From an uncultured Sphaerobacteraceae bacterium (lineage in GTDB: Bacteria > Chloroflexota > Chloroflexia > Thermomicrobiales > UBA6265): a DNA stretch of 32,109 nucleotides. The translations under genes and the position numbers were made by a program. Location of the stretch: the NCBI GenBank assembly GCA_964624125.1, contig CAZVAA010000005.1, positions 3,386-35,494 on the forward strand, written 5' to 3'. The stretch's first letter is position 1. Every line of letters starts with the position of its first letter. The notes under the pieces are model-generated. The model was not told the DNA's origin and searched no databases. It saw nothing but the letters and a program-made list of their open reading frames with translations. This document shows, piece after piece, positions 28,671-32,109 of the stretch.

Positions 28671-28692
28671 GTGCGCGCGGAAGAAGGAATGT

Positions 28693-29946
28693 ATGCGAGT
28701 CACGATAGTTGGGGCCGGAGTGATCGGCTTGTCGATAGCCTGGGAGTTGCACCAGCGAGGCGTCGAAGTGACGCTGCTGGACGGTCGTGAGGCGGGAACG
28801 GCTGCGTCGTCGGCAAACGCCGGCTGGATTTCGCCGTCGCTTGCGGGACCGGTGCCGGCCCCCGGGATTGTCCGGCAGTCCCTGAAGTGGATGTTGAATC
28901 CCGAGAGCCCGCTGTACATTCGACCGCAGTTCTCGCCGAGCTATCTCAGCTGGCTCTATCGATTCTGGCGCGCATGCCGTCCGGGGCCGTACGAGGATGG
29001 CCTGAAGGCAACCGCCGAGCTTGGCCGACGCGCGTTCGAGATCTTTGATGCCTGGCAGCAGCAGGGCGTCGATTTCGAGATGCATTCATACGGCTTGCTG
29101 TTTGCTTTCCGCGATACCAACGCGATGGAAAACGACTTGAAGTCCTATGAAGAGCTGACCAAGTATGGCTACGAGATGCCGAAGCCGTTACTGGGCGCAC
29201 AGGTGCAGGAGCAGGAGCCCGCGCTCTCCAGCGAGATCCAGGGTGCCTTCCTGGTGCAGGAAGAGCGCACCGTCCAGCCGATCTCGCTGGTGGAAGGTCT
29301 CCTGACCAGCTTGCGTGACGCCGGCGTGGATATCCGCGTTGGCACACCGGTCGTCGATTTCCGGACCTCGAAGGGCCGGGTGGACGCGGTGCGGACGCCG
29401 GGTGGCATCATCGAGAGCGATGCGGTCGTGCTTGCGGCGGGCGCGTGGACGCGCGATCTCGCGAAGATGGCCGGTGTGCGTGTCCCGATCGAGGCGGGCA
29501 AGGGCTATGGGCTGGACTTCCAGCCGGCGCCAATCGAGGTCAAGAGCTCGATTTACCTCAATGATGACCGGGTCGCGGTGTCGCCGTTCGATGAGGGCGT
29601 TCGCCTGTCGGGCACGATGGAGCTGAGCGGCATGAGCGAGCGCTACACCGAGCGACGGATCGGCGCGATCCACAAGGCCGGGAAGCGCTATCTCAACGGC
29701 TGGCCGAAGGACTCGGAGCCGACGCGTGTCTGGACGGGCATGCGTCCAATGTCGCCAGACGGTCTCCCGGTGCTCGGCTGGGCGCCGGGCAGGAAGAACC
29801 TGGCGATCGCGAGCGGTCACGCAATGCTCGGCGTGACGCTGGCGTCGGTGACCGGTGAGGAGATCGCGAAGATGGTGGTCGATGGCCAGCCGTCGGAAAT
29901 CCTCGAGCCGTTCCGTGTCGACCGGTTCGGGAAGTTCTTCCTTTAG
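28693..29946 (+). CDS. dadA: D-amino acid dehydrogenase (DadA)-family FAD-dependent oxidoreductase
   Basis: IVGAGVIG, ASSANAG, W...P.SPLYI, LAAGAW, GKGY, GMRPMSPDGLPVLG and GHAMLGVTLA motifs. AAGGA RBS before ATG 28693. Substrate not determinable. Confidence 0.85.
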   Translation: MRVTIVGAGVIGLSIAWELHQRGVEVTLLDGREAGTAASSANAGWISPSLAGPVPAPGIVRQSLKWMLNPESPLYIRPQFSPSYLSWLYRFWRACRPGPYEDGLKATAELGRRAFEIFDAWQQQGVDFEMHSYGLLFAFRDTNAMENDLKSYEELTKYGYEMPKPLLGAQVQEQEPALSSEIQGAFLVQEERTVQPISLVEGLLTSLRDAGVDIRVGTPVVDFRTSKGRVDAVRTPGGIIESDAVVLAAGAWTRDLAKMAGVRVPIEAGKGYGLDFQPAPIEVKSSIYLNDDRVAVSPFDEGVRLSGTMELSGMSERYTERRIGAIHKAGKRYLNGWPKDSEPTRVWTGMRPMSPDGLPVLGWAPGRKNLAIASGHAMLGVTLASVTGEEIAKMVVDGQPSEILEPFRVDRFGKFFL

Positions 29947-30111
29947 GTTTATCCGCGGATGAGACTGGCAGCCCGGGAATGCTCGAATGAGCGCCCGGGC
30001 TGCCGTCGAGTTAACGGCGATGTTGCGGTTGGCATCGATTGTGACATAAGGGTGACATACCCGGCTCCTATACTGAGGGTAGAGCCGACACGTGATTCGC
30101 GGAGGTAAACC

Positions 30112-30345
30112 ATGGACAGGAACAAGGACAAGAACGAGGAGCAGACTCCAACCGTCACCCGGGCGGAAGAATTGCTGCGCAAGCCGCAGTATTCGCCGCA
30201 GGAAGCGGCCGAGGTGCTGCAGCTCCGTGAGCGGACGATCAACTCCGCCGTCTATGGTGGAGAACTCAAGGGGCTCGTGATCAATGGGGATATTGTCTCC
30301 ATCGAGCGCGGAGACCTGATCGACTGGCTTCGACGTCGCGCCTAG
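30112..30345 (+). CDS. Small excisionase/HTH_17 (MerR-like) DNA-binding protein
   Basis: YSPQEAAEVLQL.ERTI...V..GELK...I.R.DL.DWL pattern. GGAGGT RBS. Confidence 0.8.
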   Translation: MDRNKDKNEEQTPTVTRAEELLRKPQYSPQEAAEVLQLRERTINSAVYGGELKGLVINGDIVSIERGDLIDWLRRRA

Positions 30346-30361
30346 GCAACCTGGCGAGTGA

Positions 30362-30399
30362 GAAACACCCGTCCCGGTACATTCCGGGACGGGTGTTTC
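30362..30399 (+). terminator. Terminator-like hairpin after HTH gene
   Basis: GAAACACCCGTCCCGG-tacatt-CCGGGACGGGTGTTTC perfect 16-bp stem. Confidence 0.75.
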
Positions 30400-30470
30400 C
30401 ATGTGTGGGAATGGCCGGGTTGGTCACGTCGAGAGATCGATCAGTCGCGGTACTGATGATCATTAATGAG

Positions 30471-30504
30471 AGAAGCGTCCTGGCTTTCGGGCCAGGACGC
30501 TTCT
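30471..30504 (-). terminator. Terminator-like hairpin after DoxX gene
   Basis: AGAAGCGTCCTGGC-tttcgg-GCCAGGACGCTTCT stem with AT-rich flanks. Confidence 0.75.
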
Positions 30505-30531
30505 TATTGAGGGATACGACTGCACTTTGCG

Positions 30532-31395
30532 CTAGATTGCCGAGTGAGCCGTGTCCCCTCCGACGTTCCTGTCCGCATCAGCTGTGCGGGAGCGGCCGCG
30601 ATTCCACGGAGTTCCGAGGATCGGGAGGAGCCACCGGTCGAGACCGAAGTGGCCAGCGACCTTCCAGCCGAGGATGATGAAGACAGTCAAGGCGAACATC
30701 CAGGGGTTCGAGCTGACGGTACCGGCGAGCATGAAGGACATGTTCAGCGTGGTGCCGAAGAAGGCCGCGATACCGACGAGTCCACCGGTGAGGAGACCGA
30801 GACCGATGAGGACCTCTCCCCAGGCGACGAGCGGGCCAAACACGCTCGTCCAGTTGTTGTCGACCATGAATTCGAGGAAGTCGGCATACCATCCGAAGAT
30901 CGCGCGAGGTGCGCCGGTTTCCGGGTTCGGCGTGTAGGCGCCCATCAGGAAGCCCTTCATCGCGTCACCGCGTTCGACCTGTTCACCGGCCGCATTGAGG
31001 CCGCTCTTTGCCCAGCCCGCTTCCTGGGTCTTGTGCCATCCGGCCTGGAGCCAGTGGATACCGAGGACGAAGCGGAGCGGGAGCCAGATAACCGAGAACC
31101 AGGTGTTACCGGAGATGGCCTTCCACCAGACCGGGTCGTTGACCTGGCCGTTGGTCGATTCGTGATGGTCTGGTTCGACCTCGACCTCACGGTCACCAAG
31201 CTGGAATGCGGAGTAGAGACCGAGCGCCGGGATGGCGATCAGGGCGAGCCAGCGGAGCCAGGTGCCGTCTGGCCAATAGTCACCGGCGAAGAGACCGCCG
31301 CTGAACGGCTTCTCGTCGACAGCGAATTCCAACAGGATGTAAAGGATCGTCGCGATCACCGTGAGCACGATGACCTTGGTTTTGGTGATGAGCAT
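30532..31395 (-). CDS. DoxX/DoxD family membrane protein with N-terminal two-helix extension
   Basis: LRFVLG..WLQAGWHK, WYADFL, GEVLIGLGL..G and NMSFMLAGTVSSNP motifs. ATG 31395 follows GGGAGGA; the 31968 start is not credible. Confidence 0.85.
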   Translation of the reverse strand: MLITKTKVIVLTVIATILYILLEFAVDEKPFSGGLFAGDYWPDGTWLRWLALIAIPALGLYSAFQLGDREVEVEPDHHESTNGQVNDPVWWKAISGNTWFSVIWLPLRFVLGIHWLQAGWHKTQEAGWAKSGLNAAGEQVERGDAMKGFLMGAYTPNPETGAPRAIFGWYADFLEFMVDNNWTSVFGPLVAWGEVLIGLGLLTGGLVGIAAFFGTTLNMSFMLAGTVSSNPWMFALTVFIILGWKVAGHFGLDRWLLPILGTPWNRGRSRTADADRNVGGDTAHSAI

Positions 31396-31746
31396 CGGGG
31401 TCCTCCCTGGTTGCCCGAATCCGAAAGCGCCGTTGCCTTCGGCCATTTCACCTGAGTGGTGATTTTCATTTCCCGGGTCCTCCGCCAGTGGAGAACCCTG
31501 CACACACATAGTGCCATCACTGTCGTCACAGTGGTGTATCAGGTGAAACCGGAGCATTACAGAATCGCAACAGCTTCCCGAAGTGGCCCCTGAAAGGCCG
31601 CTTTTCGGTGCCAATGCCTGGGGAAATAACCCGCAAGGGATGGGCCTCGTGAGCTGGCATCGTGTTTGCACGGCATCGGGTGAGCGACTCCGCGTCGCGC
31701 CTTTGGGTACAGAGGTCTGGCGCGAGCCACACAGAGGAGGACTCAC

Positions 31747-32109
31747 ATGAGTAATCGCGATCCGCTGTTCGACGAGAACGCCCCGGAACAGGGAGATGTC
31801 GTCGACGAGATATTGGCAACCAACGCCGACAAGCCAGATGCTGTAGACCAGGGGAAGGCCAAAGACATGAAGCAGATGGGCGAGCGCATGGCCGAGGAGG
31901 GCATGCGGCGCGCATCCGAGGGGCTCGACACCGCAGTGGAGAAGCTGCGACAGCAGGGCGATCAGCAAGGTGGGGATACCGCCGAGTACGCCTCGATGGC
32001 GGCCGACAAGCTGGACGAGGTGAGTGGCTATCTGCGCAACACGGGATCGAACGATCTCCTGAGCGACCTCGAAGACCTGATCCGACGAAAGCCGATCGAG
32101 TCAGTGTTG
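31747..32109 (+). CDS. ElaB/YqjD/DUF883-like small stress protein, 3'-truncated (not in ORF track)
   Basis: GGAGGA RBS then ATG 31747, open to the window end: MSNRDPLFDENAPEQ...AADKLDEVSGYLRNTGSNDLLSDLEDLIRRKPIESVL. The R.P motif normally precedes a C-terminal TM anchor in this family. Confidence 0.7.
   Translation, partial: MSNRDPLFDENAPEQGDVVDEILATNADKPDAVDQGKAKDMKQMGERMAEEGMRRASEGLDTAVEKLRQQGDQQGGDTAEYASMAADKLDEVSGYLRNTGSNDLLSDLEDLIRRKPIESVL

Noticed and set aside
27419-30345. Prophage made of spike, PAAR and excisionase-like genes
   Set aside because: No capsid, terminase, integrase, sheath or lysis genes are present, and a metabolic gene separates the elements.
31396-31968. 191-aa N-terminal extension of the DoxX ORF
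   Set aside because: Cys/Ser-rich non-coding-like sequence overlapping a better divergent gene; a strong RBS supports ATG 31395.
1-32109. CRISPR array, rRNA, IS elements
   Set aside because: No regularly spaced repeats, rRNA signatures or transposase motifs were seen; almost all sequence is accounted for by CDSs.

Overview
High-GC bacterial chromosomal window. The acidic Pro/Thr/Ala-rich secreted proteins and gene content suggest Chloroflexota (Thermomicrobiales-like); this is an inference only. The left end holds housekeeping-type genes: mltG (5'-truncated), aroE, a secreted double-cupin/double-SH3b protein, a DUF92 membrane protein and tRNA-Lys(UUU). Directly after the tRNA is a ~23 kb carbohydrate-catabolism locus. 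It contains the L-rhamnose isomerase pathway (rhaB, rhaI, fused aldolase-dehydrogenase), two paralogous cytoplasmic GH38-like hydrolases, a CUT1 ABC importer without an ATPase and a FadR/GntR regulator. It also has an oxidative module (mutarotase-like, SDR, glucarate-dehydratase-like, lactonase) and an M20 deacylase/MBL hydrolase/Gfo-Idh-MocA operon. A shared (A)TCAGATG-type motif sits at four of the locus promoters. The locus ends with an orphan contractile-injection spike pair (short VgrG/gpV plus PAAR) and no other tail genes. The right end has a DadA-family oxidoreductase with a structured leader, a small excisionase-type HTH protein, a DoxX protein and a 3'-truncated ElaB/YqjD-like ORF absent from the ORF track. 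No CRISPR array, rRNA, integrase or transposase was seen. All family calls come from motif recognition, not database searches.
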